Of a stretch of 64,000 nt of DNA, positions 15,032-39,398 are shown one piece after another (the stretch's first letter is position 1; each line of letters opens with the position of its first letter). The DNA comes from the human T2T-CHM13v2.0 reference genome, Homo sapiens. Where the stretch lies: NCBI RefSeq assembly GCF_009914755.1, contig NC_060927.1; one strand, written 5' to 3'. The translations under genes were made by a program, and so were the position numbers. The notes under the pieces were generated by a model. It did no database searches. It had not been told where the DNA came from and worked only from the letters and a program-made list of their open reading frames with translations.

Positions 15032-17289
15032 TCAAAACAAACAAACAAACAAACAAACAAACAAACAGAAACATATATGGAAGTCTAAGTCCATCCTATA
15101 GGGAAGAAAGGAAATGAAGAGTAAGTCCTTTCCAAGGGAGATAACATAGAGAAGCAAGCTGATTTGCTCCTTTGACATACTGGGAAGGCTCAACACTGAG
15201 AACCACCAGCCTCTACAGAAGATGGAGTGAGCTGGGGGTTAAAATAGAGGGGAAGTGGCTGAAAGACTCCTAATAAAGCAGTAATAAGAACCACCCCCTA
15301 CCCTGCCCCCACGCACATATTCTACACAGCTGGATGACTTTCCCTTCCTGCCCAAACCGCAGGAGACAAGTTTATTTTCTCTGAAATTTGAACCAGAGAA
15401 TTTCAACCTCAGGGATACTTGGCACAAAAGTGGACAAGACGAGGGTCCTAAGTGGAAACAGCGGGGTAGAGTAAAACTCTGCCTACTACAGCACAAGACT
15501 CTCTAGCCCCCTAACTCCCATCCAGCTCCCAGAATAATAGCAACCTCTTCCTCTTCCTACCAGTCCCACTCCCAGGCAGGAGACTGATGGGTTCTTCTCC
15601 AAGAAAATGAAAAAATTAATAGCTATCCCACAAAAAAAAAAAAAAGACAAATACTGATATGTTTTAGTTCCACAACAAGAACAATAAAACTAGCATAGCT
15701 TCTAATCATGCAACACTTAGGGCTACCAAAATACAAACCTATTCAGTCAGCTTTTTAATGCCTCATTCCCAAGTATGAAAAAAACAGCTTCAAGTCACTA
15801 AACATTTCAGGAAAACCCCCTCAAAAAAAGATGAGACAAAAAGGGGAAAAAAGGAAATCAGAGGAAAAAAACATAAACAGAAAAAAACTTCAGGAAAAAA
15901 CCTACATATACTATTCAGAGGTGAGAAGATATTGTATCCACAAACATATGGTAGGAAAAGGAACAGAGAATAAGAAAAAAGACTATTGGAAATTAAAAAT
16001 ATAAGAGCTGCAATTAAAAACAGAAGAGCTGGAAGAGGTCAACTGGTTGAGAATGAAAAAGGAGAACAGAGTGTTCCAGAAGTAAAGTCTTGAAGAAAGA
16101 AAATGGCAAATGAAAATTATGTAGTACATTTGACCTTACAGAAAACTCTACTAAGAGATGGTTGGAAGTATCAGAAGGATTAAAGATAAGTATATGAAAA
16201 ATTAAGCAAATGGAAAACTATGAGGTAATTATTTACTCCACCCAAAAACAAAAGCAACAAATGAAATATAATAGTACACTCCTTGGCTCAACCATGAATA
16301 ATATTTACAGTTTTAAAAACATAAAAACTGAATACCAATTTAACCAAAAGTGATAGAATTATAATGGAAGGACTGAAGAAGAAGAAGCCAGGGGAAAAGC
16401 ATAACAACGAGTCAATAGATAATCTCTAAAATTGAAAAATTCAGATACAGCAACGTAAGTATGCTATTTAGAAATATAACAGTAAAAAAAAAAAAACACA
16501 GAAGAAACAGTTGAGAATATTTGCCTCTGAGGAGCTATGTTGGGGTTAGGAAGCAGGTAGGAGATTAATGTTTGTTGTTTTAAGCTTTTTAGTGCTGTTT
16601 GCTATGTGTCTTATTAACTTTTTGCATATATTCATTTAATTACAACATTATAATAGTGATTATTGCTTGGGAGTAAGATATCAGTTTATTTTTTAAACCT
16701 TTTTGTGCCTTTCGTATTGTTTCAATTTTTTGTTTTTTTGTTTTCAGTGGAGCATGCTTTATCCTCATTATTAGAGGGATAATAATAATTATCCCTCATT
16801 ATTAGAGGGATAATCCTCATTATTAGAAGGAACAAAAAGGTATCTTCATTAGAGAACACTGTCATACTTTAAGCTGAGATTTTAAGTACTACTGGGGGTT
16901 AAGAGGGCACGGAGAATAAATTTTTAAAAAGATCCTTGGAAGATTCTAAGTAAAAATTTAAAAGGAGTAAGAACATGCATTGGCAGGAAAACAAAATGAA
17001 AAAATGCCTTGCAAATAGAGTGGCATATATGTAAACATAGTCATGTGATTAATTTAGTAATCAAGAGAAATCTGAAGAGTCTAGAAATTATATGGTACAT
17101 TTGACCATGAAGAAACTGTACTAAAAGATTGTTGGAAGAATGGGAAGAATTAAAACAAGGCAATTATTAACTTCAAAAGAACCATACATAGAAATAGAAA
17201 GCAACAAAAATAATCATTCTAAGCACCAAAACAACTTAGGGAATTGTCTGTTCATAAGTAATGAATGAAGATATGAGTAGACTTCTTAC

Positions 17290-17372
17290 CTGCTTCAGGG
17301 CAGGAGAACATGGGATCAGCTCTCCTATTCTGTTTATCCCAGCATTAATTTTCTTCTTTCTATGCCTCTCCA
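17290..17372 (-). CDS. USF3: USF3 coding exon (83 nt; basic region end and helix 1: VERHRKKKINAGINRIGELIPCSPALKQ)
   Basis: ctag|TG... CAG|gtaaga boundaries; typical bHLH ERxR...IN...I.EL.P pattern; in frame. Confidence 0.95.
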
Positions 17373-17469
17373 CTAGATGGGAGAAAATTCGTTTATCAAA
17401 CCTTACACTACTTAGTCAAAGTGCCCTCATTCAACCACGGTAAAGAAGTTTTAGGTAAAGAAATCCCTA

Positions 17470-17721
<252 letters not shown>

Positions 17722-18818
17722 TCATGCTGCTGCTCTCCACCCTGCGTGACAGAACGAGACTCTGTCTGAAAATAAAAAAAAAGGGAAGGGGGAAGGGGAG
17801 CGGAAGGGGAAGGGGAAGGGCTTATCAAACATTATCTACTATAAATAACTATAATAAGTAAAATGTCTAAGATGTCATTTTTTAAATCTAGTGTTACAGC
17901 AATCTACATAAGCAATACTTTTATTAGCATTTTGCTTTTTTTTGAGACAGGGTCCCCCAGGCTGGAGTGCAGCAGTGCAATCTCAGCTCACTGCAATCTC
18001 CTGCCCTCAGCCCCTTCCCTGGGCTCAGGCCTCCCGAATAGCTGGGACCACAGGCATGCAGCACCATGCCCAACTATTTTTTTTTGTATTTTTAGTAGGG
18101 ACAGGGTCTTGCCATGTTGCCTAGGATGGTCTCAAACTCCTGAGCTCAAGCTATCTGCCCACCTCAGTCTCCCAAAATGCTGGGATTACAGACCTGAGTC
18201 ACTGCACCAGACCTTAAAATTTTAAAGACCATCATTGATAATAATTACTTTCAAATTAAAAACAAATAGGAATTGCTAATATTTCATTACTACTAGGCCA
18301 TCATTCTATTACAGTTCAAGTAATCACTAGAGATTTTAATGATAATCAAATTTAAAGAATCCACTAACAAACAAGTTATTAGAAAGCTGCCTCTTTATGG
18401 CAAATGGGCAAATGAGGCCTTTCTAGGCAGATTAAAGAACCTTAAAACACCTTTTTGGATGACTACTGGGCCTTTTTGGAATAGAAACAGCTATTAGCTA
18501 TGACTTAAAATAGATAAGAAAGAGTACTGGTTTGGTTTTCTCTATGGGATCTGGGATCTGGGATCTAGACTCTCCACTTTGGCTATGTTGGATCTTTCCC
18601 ATCAAAGAAACAAAGCAACTGACAGCTTCTCAATCAACTGTGAAATGTTCCAGGCTTAAGTGTTACAAATTTAAAAGGGGTCAAAGGATAGGAGACATTA
18701 TACAAATAATTTCTATAAGACTCTGTAAGTGGAAACATTAGTATTGGCTATTTTCTATTACAAAGTTTTCTAAAACATTCCTTTTTAACAAAGGATTCCA
18801 GTGCTTCTAAGTAGATGA

Positions 18819-19121
<303 letters not shown>

Positions 19122-20516
19122 TAGAGGCGGGGTCTCCCTATGTTGCCCACGCTGGTTTTGAACTCCTGGGCTCAAAATATCCTCCTGCCTTGGTCTACCA
19201 AAGTGTTAGAATTACAGGCATGAGCCATCACGCCTGGCCTAGCATCCTTTTCAATGACACCTAATTAGTCTTTCTTAGTAAGTTATGGTAAACACATCTC
19301 TTTCTTTTTTTTTTTCTTTTTTTTTTTTGAGATGGAGCCTCACTCTGTCACCCCAGCTGGAGTGCAATGGCACGATCTCGCTTAACTGCATCAAGCGATT
19401 CTCCTGCCTCAGCCTCCTGAGTAGCTGGGATTACAGGCACGCACCACCATACCCGGCTAATTTTTTGTATTTTTAGAAGAGATGGGGTTTCGCCATGTTG
19501 GCCAGGCTGGTCTCAAACTCCTGACCTCAGGTGCTCCACCTGCCTCGACCTCTCCAAGTGCTGGGATTACAGGCATGAACCACCACGATCGGCCTATAAG
19601 CACATATCTATGGCACCATGTGACAGCTGACTCCAATCAAAAAGATTAGCTCTTATGGTCAAAAACATTAATTTATACAGCAAAAAAAAATCAAAGCAAT
19701 AAACTGTGCTTACCTTTCCTCTGAATTCTCTAATAATAGTATTTGTTGGTTTCTAAGAGTAGATTTTGTAATGCATGGAGGTTAAAAAAAAAGTCAACAT
19801 TAAGACTTTTTACCCCCTGCAGAAAAATGGAGTTTCAAAGGCAATAAACTCCACATTCTGAGAAACAGCAATATCCCACCAGTGTTCAACATACTTTTCC
19901 ATAGATAAAATTTTCCCAAGGGTCCTTTCCTTAGACAAAGGAAGGTATCGTTTATAGATACAGTGTGCCAAATTCCAAATGTATGCACAATTAATTTTAT
20001 AGATGTTTATCTGGCTTTGGCCTGTAATTTCAATATTTGAGATAAAATCCAATATTTATTTTCTATATCTTCCTATAATTGAGGACTCCAGAACTTAATT
20101 TAAGACTGTTCACATTACAAGGCTCTTTAGGATCTATAACCTGCTGCTCATCTCTTAGCTATACCTCTAGGCAGCCAGCCCCCTCGGGAATTGCTGCAAA
20201 GATACATACCCTCCATACTATCTAGGAGAATAATATCTGGACTATCTTGGTAGGTAAAATCACTTAAAACACTAGCTCCAGGGATACAGTAATCTCTTAA
20301 ATTATCTAAATAGACTATGAATCAGAAGATGATAAGCAAGCCATCTTCATGAGACTCAGGGAGTATTTTGTCAATAAAAAACAATAAGGGAACATTTTCC
20401 TAAAACATAATGAATAATGATTCCTTGCTTATAACATAAAAACTTATAATCAACTGCAGTATGATTTCATTTTGAATGCAAAAAATGCTAACAGGTAAAA
20501 TTTAAATTGTTTCTAC

Positions 20517-20545
20517 CTGCATTGTGTGTCTCCCGGTTTTTCTTT
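20517..20545 (-). CDS. USF3: USF3 micro-exon (29 nt; RKKNRETHNA, basic region)
   Basis: ttcag|AAAG... GCAG|gtagaa boundaries; phase 2 in and phase 1 out link the flanking exons in frame. Confidence 0.93.
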
Positions 20546-21500
20546 CTGAAACAAAAAGTACAGATAAAAGGTAACATGAAAATAATGGGAAAGTATTTTT
20601 ACCATTTTATACTTTAAGAATCACAAAAATAAATTTTATGAATTTGTATTTGTTGCAGCAATAAGAAACAATCTGAAGAAACATTTCCTTAATATATATT
20701 ATGGTATGAAAATCTAATGGCAGAGAACCTCAATATAAATTTAGAAACCACAATTTCTGGAGGTAACTACAACTCTCTATTCTTCCATACCCAGAAGTCA
20801 TAGGTGGGGAAATGAATCAATCACTGAAAAGCTTAATTAACTATTTCAAAATATAACTTAGGTGCTGGTAAATTCACGAAGTGATGTGCCAAGTAGGTGA
20901 TATCTGATGTTTGTCCTGGCACCTGGACCAGTACGGGTGTGCGTGTGCAGGAGACACAAGCAACAGCAGAGTAATTTTGTAATCCCTAGGGAGGGAGATG
21001 TGGCAGCCAACAGCACCCGTGTACAGACAAGTGGCATCTGAGCTATCTTGTATTTGTGTACCTCAGGTTGTCCAAACTCTTAAATTTTCTTGAGAGCCAA
21101 TCTACTAAAAGCATTGACTTTCCTTTTTATACACAATTACTCAAAACATTAGCATTCTCTAATAGCTATTTGGTAAGGAAAGAGAATCATGATTTTAATA
21201 TTAGTAGAACCATTGGCCATGCAATTCTAAGCAGAAACATTGCTAAAGGTGCTAGAAACTCAGAAAAAAAGGTTATACAAAGAACCAGAAGTAACATTGT
21301 TCTGATATGCATATTAGCATTAATGGATTATAATGTCACAGAATGTCTATTCACACTGACTAGAGCCTAAATCAACTTAGGATATACAAAAATTAATACT
21401 ATAGGCAAGTGAAAATGTCATTACAAACAAAACATTTAACATAGATTTGGTAATATATTAACTACTGACAGTCATTCTTGTTATATTGCTAGTAGAATAA

Positions 21501-21881
<381 letters not shown>

Positions 21882-22000
21882 TAATAATTTCCTCGGTATC
21901 TAAATAAAAGTTCTCTAAGGACTACCTATGTAGCAAAATAGGAACTAATTCTGCTTCTTATCTGCCCAAAGCATATTATATTGGGGCTGTGGATACATAC

Positions 22001-22047
22001 CTGTGCTGCTTTTTTGTAGGCGTCTCATTCTCTGTCATTTCTGGCAT
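22001..22047 (-). CDS. USF3: USF3 first coding segment (MPEMTENETPTKKQH); whole exon is 22001-22065 with 18 nt of 5'UTR
   Basis: tgtag|GTTCCTATTACTGTAACC ATG CCA GAA... CACAG|gtatgt. The ATG has A at -3. Confidence 0.93.
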
Positions 22048-22851
22048 GGTTACAGTAATAGGAACCTACAGAAGGATAGAAAGACACACCAGAAAGCTTA
22101 GTCATTCTAGAATCTTACAAAAATTGGTCAATAGCAATTTGATTTGAATATTAAAATGCTAAAAAATAAAATTGACATTGAAAAGCATTGGATTAGGTGT
22201 TGCAGATAGAAAGAAGTATAAGAAAATAGCATAAAAGTACTATAATTAGCAAATGTAGAAAATGGTGAATATCAAATGTGAGGTATAGCCAGAAACTGCT
22301 TGAGAAAATTTGAGTAGAAAAAGATCACTGCAGGCTTGGAAATCAAGAAAAGCTTAAAGGGGATGTGAATTTGAGCAAGAGCTGGAAAGATAGGTAGAGC
22401 ATAGTTGAGTTGGGAGAGTATGCTATTTGTTCATGTGAAGTGTTATACAGAATTTAAACTAAAACAATGGTTCCCTACTCTGAACACAAAAAAAACAAAT
22501 GTGACAAGAGCACAAACATGTAATATTCCATACATGAAAGCAAGCATTCATTCACTCACTCATTTGTTGGGCATTAACTTCAAACTGCTAGAAGTCTCAT
22601 ATTATCATTTGACTGTCATTAAAATCTGGGTATGAAAATTCTATATATATTTCAATTATCAGGCTACTAAATAATACATGCACTATTGGAAAATATATAC
22701 ATATATGGAAAAGGCCAGAAAGCAAATACATTAATATATTAATCATAGTTAAGTAAGGGTAGTGATATTTTGGTGATTTCATTCTCTTCTCTGACTTTCA
22801 AAAATTTCATAATGAAAGCTGTGATGCTTTTATATCCCAGAGATTGACAAC

Positions 22852-23808
22852 TGTATTAGTCCGTTCTCATGCTGCTATAAAGAAATACATGAGACTGGGT
22901 AATTTTTAAAGGAAAGAGGTTTAATTGAGTCACAGCTCCACAGTGCTGGAGAATGCCTCTGGAAACTTACAATCATGGTGCTCTGTCACCTCTTGAACAT
23001 TTTGCTGCTTAGAAATTTCTTCCACCGGATAACCTAAATTCTCTCTCTCAAGTTCAAAGTTCCACAGCTCTAGGGCAGGGCAAAATGCTTCCAGTCTCTT
23101 CACTAAAGCATAGCAAGAGTCACCTTTGCTCTAGTCTTCAAGAAGTTCCTAATCTCCATCGGAGACCACCTCAGCCTGGACTTCATTGTCCACATCACTA
23201 TCAGCATTTTGGTCAAAATCATTCAACAAGTCTCCAGGAAGTTCCAAACTTTCTCACATCTGCCTGTCTTCTTCTGAGTCCTCCAAGTCTCTACAAAGTT
23301 CCAAACTTTCCCACATTTTCCTGTCTTCTAATCTGAGCCCTCCAAACTGTTCCAACCTCTGCCTGTTACCCAGTTCCAAAGTTGCTTTCACATTTTCAGG
23401 TATCCTTATAGCAGTGCCCCACTCCCAGTACCAATTTACTGTGTTAGTCCATTGTCACGCTGCTATGAAGAAATGCTCAAGACTAGGTAATTTACAAAGG
23501 AAAGAAGTTTCACTGACTCACAGTTCTGCAGGGCTGGGGAGGCCTCAGGAAACTTACAATCATGGTGGAAGGGGAAGCAAACATATCCTTTACATGGCGG
23601 CAGGAAGGAGAAGTGGTGAGCAAAGTGAGGAAAGCCCCTTATAAAACCATCATCTCATGAGAACTCACTCACTATCACAAGAACAGCATGAGGGTAACGG
23701 CCCCCATGATTCAATTACCTCCCACTTGGGCCCCTCCCATGACACATGGGATTATGGGAACCATAATTCAAGATGAGATTTGGATGGGGACACAGCCTAA
23801 CTATATCA
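22852..23808 (-). mobile_element. THE1-type MaLR element with internal deletion (5' LTR 23439-23808, internal part, remnant of 3' LTR)
   Basis: Minus strand begins TGATATAGTTAGGCTGTGTCCCC (THE1 consensus start). TG...CA termini; 5-bp TSD ACAAC at 22847-22851 and 23809-23813. Confidence 0.85.
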
Positions 23809-24450
23809 ACAACCTTTCAAAATGAGTCTACCAAGTTGGGATACCTGCTGTGGTACACTGGAGGAGGTGCAAGTGTGGTTTCCCATTTTTTTCTCCGAGA
23901 GAGAGAAAAAGTAGCAAGTATGAAGTCTGAAGTCAGAAAGCATGAGTTTAAAATCTGTTTCTGCCACTTCCTAGCTGTCAGGTCTTGGGCAAGTTACATG
24001 ACCCTCAGAATCTCAGATGCTTCATCTACACCGTGAATCATAATAACAGTATTACATTATTGGATTGTTCCGAGCAGGGAATGAAATTTTGCGGGTACAG
24101 CACAAGACCACGTTACCTAGTAGTAATAAGGATTTAATAAATGTTAGCTTTAAATGTTAGTGAGATATTTCAGGTTAACTTTAGCCCTAGGGAGGAGGGA
24201 GAAGGGTCCTGGGAAATAAGTAGACATGAATGCAGGAAGGGGATGACAGAAAGCACTGACTGAAGCAGCCTGTCGAGAAATGTGTCATCAAGACCCATGT
24301 CCAGCAGCTTATTCCTATTCCACCTTTTCCCTACCATTTGTGAAGTACCTATCAGCCTAAAAGCAATGAGCTCACATTAGGTAAACATATGGTGATGGTG
24401 GGGAACATGTAATTAAATAAGTAAATGAATAATCCCTGTGACCTTCTCAC

Positions 24451-24566
24451 CTAAGGGCTTGCAGAGTTTCTTCACTTTTGATTCCTGGCTTCCAATGCCT
24501 CCCGTTTCTGATCCAAATGTATCATCTTCTGCCAGAAGATGGTCTATGGGTTATGCTTTCTTCTTA
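24451..24566 (-). other. USF3: USF3 non-coding 5'UTR exon 2 (116 nt)
   Basis: Polypyrimidine acceptor ttttctcttgtgtag|TAAG and strong donor CTTAG|gtgaga in non-repetitive sequence; consistent with the recalled 7-exon structure. Confidence 0.8.
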
Positions 24567-26173
24567 CTACACAAGAGAAAAATCAATGAATGTTTATAGT
24601 TGCTAGGTGTCCATTAGCACCGCGTAAGGCAAGGGCTGACAACCTATGGCATGCAAGCAGATTTTTAGTGCCACGAAGGATGATCCTGAATTCTCCCCAC
24701 ACTTGAAAGCAAATCAATGCAGTTGCTCTCAAAAGTCACTTTCCTATTGGTTACCGATGCTCCATCCCGACAAAGATGGTAGTCTTACAGCCAACGGATG
24801 GTCCCCAAGAGGGGATTCTCTGTTTTCTCTTATGCATGCTCATTGTACCTTAGGTCCTCACTAGCTGCTGGTTACTCAAAGTCCTCCACTTGGGTCTTAC
24901 CCTAACTTCTGTCCTCAATTCTAAAATTATCTTTCCTTCAATTTCCTACCTCCTACTTCTCTCTTTTAAGAGTGCCTGAAAACTTACATAAGGACCTTCC
25001 CCTAAGGCACTAGGAAGACAGCCCTCAGACCTTTGCATTGCATGTGTTCTTTAAAAATGTAAATTTGGGGGCTTCATTCCAAACATGACAAATGAGAGGT
25101 CTGGGTAGGGCCCAGGAATTTGCACTTTCAACAACCTCCTTGGGTGATCTTCTCCCCTCCCCTCCCCTCCCCTCCCTTACTCTCCCCCTCCTTCCCTTCC
25201 CTTCTCCCTCCCTTCCTCCCTCGCTCCCTTCCTTTCTCTCTTTCTTTTTTGTTTTTGGTTTTTTAGGTACAGAAAAAGTTTTAGAAACTTCAAGAGAGGG
25301 ATCTGAATTTTAATAAGTGCCCCAGGTGATTCTGATAGGAAAAAGCTGGAAACACAGGCAGTTACCTTTAACTGGTGAAAGTTCAAGCATCTGACCAATA
25401 CCCTAGTTCCAGCCTTTCCCCTGCAGCCCTTTTGAAAGTCTGCAGATAATTTCACATATAATTAAGGTATATAAAGTAAAAGTTCTAGTTGTCTAAACAT
25501 CTAGAGTATTTTTTTTTTCTGGGCTCAGTCCATAATAACCAATATCTAAAATCTTGAAGTCAATGACACTAAGGGTCTATCACATAAGTAAACATTCTCT
25601 GCACTCAGGTGAAAGCCAGGAATTTAACTGAAAGAGGAAGACAACTGTAAATCAAAATCATCCCGTTTACCAAATGCCATTATGAATATCCATCTCAATG
25701 TAAAATTATTTATAGGTACAATTTTCATGCTACTAAAATTGCATTCCTGATGCTAAAAAAAAAGAGCATCTATTGGAAAGGAACTATACAATATTTTCAT
25801 AAATCCCTGTCCACTTAATAATTAGCTTATTAATAAAGAAATTACATTTTTAATATTTACATAACTACAAATATATGCCTTAAAATATTTAAAGTGTCAT
25901 TAAAAATTTTTTTTAATTTTTAAAAATGTTTTTAGAGACAGGATTTTGCTTTGTCATCCAGGCTGGTGTGCAGTGGTGTGATCACAGCTCACTGCAGCCT
26001 CAAACTTCTGGCTCTCAAACTCTGGTGATCCTCCCACCTCAGCCTCCTAAGCAGCTAGGAATACAGGCACACACCACTATTCCCGGCTAATTTTTTGTAG
26101 AGATGGGATCTCACTATGGTGTCCAGGCTGGTCTCTCTGTCTTAGAGATGGGATCTCACTATGCTGTCCAGGC

Positions 26174-26214
<41 letters not shown>

Positions 26215-26460
26215 TCCTGGCCTCAAGCGATCCTCCCGCCGCAGTCTTCCAAAGTGCTTGGAGCCACTGCACCTGGCTCCATTAATATTTTGGCTCCCTT
26301 AGTTTTTGAATGCCAAAGGATTACATTAGTAATCTCTGAATTATTATGCTTTTATGGAAGAACTATTCCTGAAGTTACTCAAACCCAGTAGTTTTCAAGT
26401 GTGGTGCTCAGATCACCTGCATCAAAATCACAGTTTTCAAAACTTTTTTCCTTGAGATAA

Positions 26461-26898
<438 letters not shown>

Positions 26899-27184
26899 TG
26901 ACCCTTTCAAGTCAATCCCTTCCCCTACTCCAGAAGCAAACCCTATCCTAAATTTTTTCACCATAGAACTTCATATAAATGTATTGATTGGGAATTCTTT
27001 TGTGTAAAGCTTTTACTAAGCATAATGTTTCTGAAATTCATCTAGTAGTTTGTTCATTTTTATTGCTGAGTATAAATATACAACTGCATGTGAATTTGTA
27101 ACAGAGTTTATGTTTTTCTTTTTTTTTTTGAGACAGAGTTTCGCTCTTTTTGCCCAGGCTGGAGTGCAGTAGAGGATCAAACGT

Positions 27185-33840
<6,656 letters not shown>

Positions 33841-34416
33841 TGGAGGGTTCTATTCAGCCATCTTGCTCTGCCTCATCCCTTCCTCAGTGCTTGTGATCTA
33901 TACATGACATCTTTCCCAGCTTCTCAACAATAATCACAGTAATTCTTACTTTCCTATTTTCTTATTCTTTTTGTTACTTAACTGGATTTTTTTCATTATA
34001 CAAATGAAATATGCTTGTATTTATCTACTCAGATCATACCGAAGAAGTTGTGAAAAGAAGTACTCTTTTCCTCAAATTTCCTGTTAACACTATTCAAGTA
34101 TTTATTTCTATATTACTATTTTCCCCTTTTTGTTCTTTATATTTTGGAAGTGAATACTAAGTCTAGCCCACACGCAAAGCGAGAAGAGTTAATCTCTACC
34201 TCTTGGAAAAAGGATTATGTATTTAGAATTATTCTGCAAGGAATATTTGTCACTTCTCCCCTATTTATTTATTCAATAATTTACTTATATCAGTATGGAC
34301 TCATGGAGATTTATTTCATTCTTCAGATCACAATTCAATGCTAGAGTTAATATGTTGTTCAAATTGTCCACACATTGGCCATTGGGTGCTCTTTTGGATT
34401 AGCTGTTGTGCCCTTT

Positions 34417-34426
34417 ACACACACAG

Positions 34427-34463
<37 letters not shown>
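34417..34463. repeat. (AC)n microsatellite
   Basis: Direct reading; similar shorter AC tracts at ~905-931 and ~2008-2019. Confidence 0.9.
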
Positions 34464-34466
<3 letters not shown>

Positions 34467-35316
34467 CCTTTCTAGTACTTCCTTACTTTTTGGTACTACA
34501 AGATACTCCAGGCTCATCTTGTGTTTCCCCTGCCCCACTCTTAGAATCAGCTTTCCATCCAAGGAATTTTTGTCCCTTTCATTGGAGAATGGAATTTAGA
34601 AACCAAGATCCAGGTGCTGCCTGTCCTCATTGCTACTGGGGTGTCACTGCTTCCAAGCCTTCTCAGCAGACAGAGCTATTAAATAAATCTATGTCTATTA
34701 ACCCATGTACAGACACAGATCTACATTTGCCTCTGTATCTATCTGTATTTATATTAAAATAAGCATGAGTTTATACTTACATCTCTGATTCTAATCTAGC
34801 ACCACAGGGCTCAGTATAGTCTTCCCCCCTGCTTATTTGTAATATCTTTCTGACAGTGAGAAATCTGGCTCCCAATGTCTACAATTACTTTTACTAATTT
34901 CCTCAACTCTAATAACCATATAAATTGGTTCCAGAATGCTAACTCCACTCCTCATAGTTCTTTTAAGGATCAACTGACATCATACACATCCAAGGTCCTT
35001 TAAGGCAGGAACAACTTCGTCCTTTTATCCCAAGGGCTTAGCACAATACATGCACAATGTGTAACTCAAATGCTTATTGAATGAACAATGGTCTTCTGAA
35101 ACTAGTATAGCTAAATTTATACAAATGTAAAATATTATTATAATCATTAACAAGCTTGCTTTGTAGTATAACTGTAAAACTGATTCCAGGGTCAGCTAAT
35201 TCAAAGTTTAACTCTTTGGTCTTATGCTAGTCCCTTGATACATGATCACCTACCAGTAATGTTTTCTCCTCTGTTACTGAATGGCCCTGAGTGCCATCTG
35301 CAGGGAAGGCCCCCAC

Positions 35317-38404
<3,088 letters not shown>

Positions 38405-39122
38405 TCCTTATTCAACTTTTTCCATGTAAAAACCTAAACTGATTTTTCTCCTGACCTTGCAACTCCCCACAGGTGTCCCCATTCTTCCTCCCAACCACCA
38501 GTCTTCTTGAACAAGTTGTTTACACTTACTACCCCCTCTTCCTCACTTCTTATTCACTCTTCAACCAGCTGTTACCTGACTTTTATTCCTAAAACTGCTT
38601 AAACCAAGCTCAACAAAAGACTTCCACACTGCCAAATCCGATGAACTTTGTAATAAATCTGTTGTTTTGGCCTTCTGACAATAATATCCTGCCTTTCCTT
38701 CGGAGATCTTCTCTGTCCCATTCCTGAAATCTGATAGGACCATCAAACACAGGCTCACCTCTGGGGTGGGCATGGGGCTAACTAATAAGACTCCCTGCAC
38801 AAGGAGAATATCTTGCTGAGGCTGAGTTAGCCCCATGGATCCTTATGATCCTGGGAGCTTCTGTTTTCCTGGCCTTCCCAAGCCTTCATTATTCTATCTC
38901 CCTTTCTTTCTGTGAGTTTATCCAGTATCCATTTGCTGCTTAGCCAAATTCAATCTCTATTGTTTATAACCAAAGAGAAACTGGTCCCTCAAATGACACA
39001 GAGGTAGACAGCGGTGACACTACAATTTCTTCTCCTTATCTCCTTCTCTTTGGTTTCTGCTGTTTAAGGAATTCCTGAGAACTCTTCATTATCCTCTTTA
39101 AAGATTTCTCTGACCCCTAGAG

Positions 39123-39398
39123 CAGTGGTCCCAACCTTTTTGGCACCAGGGACTGGTTTCGTGGAAGACAATTTTTCCATGGACAGGGAGTGGAGCAGAT
39201 GGTTTCAGGATGAAACTGTTCCATCTATCTCAGGCATTAGATGATCATAAGGAACATGCAACCTAGATCCCTTGCATGTGTGGTTCAGAATAGGGCTCGC
39301 ACTCCTATGATAATCTAATGCTGCCGCTGATCTGACAGGAGGGTAGCTCATCTCCTGCTGTGCGGCCTGATTCCTAACAGGCCACTTGGGGACCCCTG
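39123..39398 (+). mobile_element. MER1-type hAT-Charlie DNA transposon fossil
   Basis: CAGTGGTCCCAACCTTTTTGGCACCAGGGAC...TTGGGGACCCCTG termini; 8-bp TSD ccctagag/ccttagag. Confidence 0.8.
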
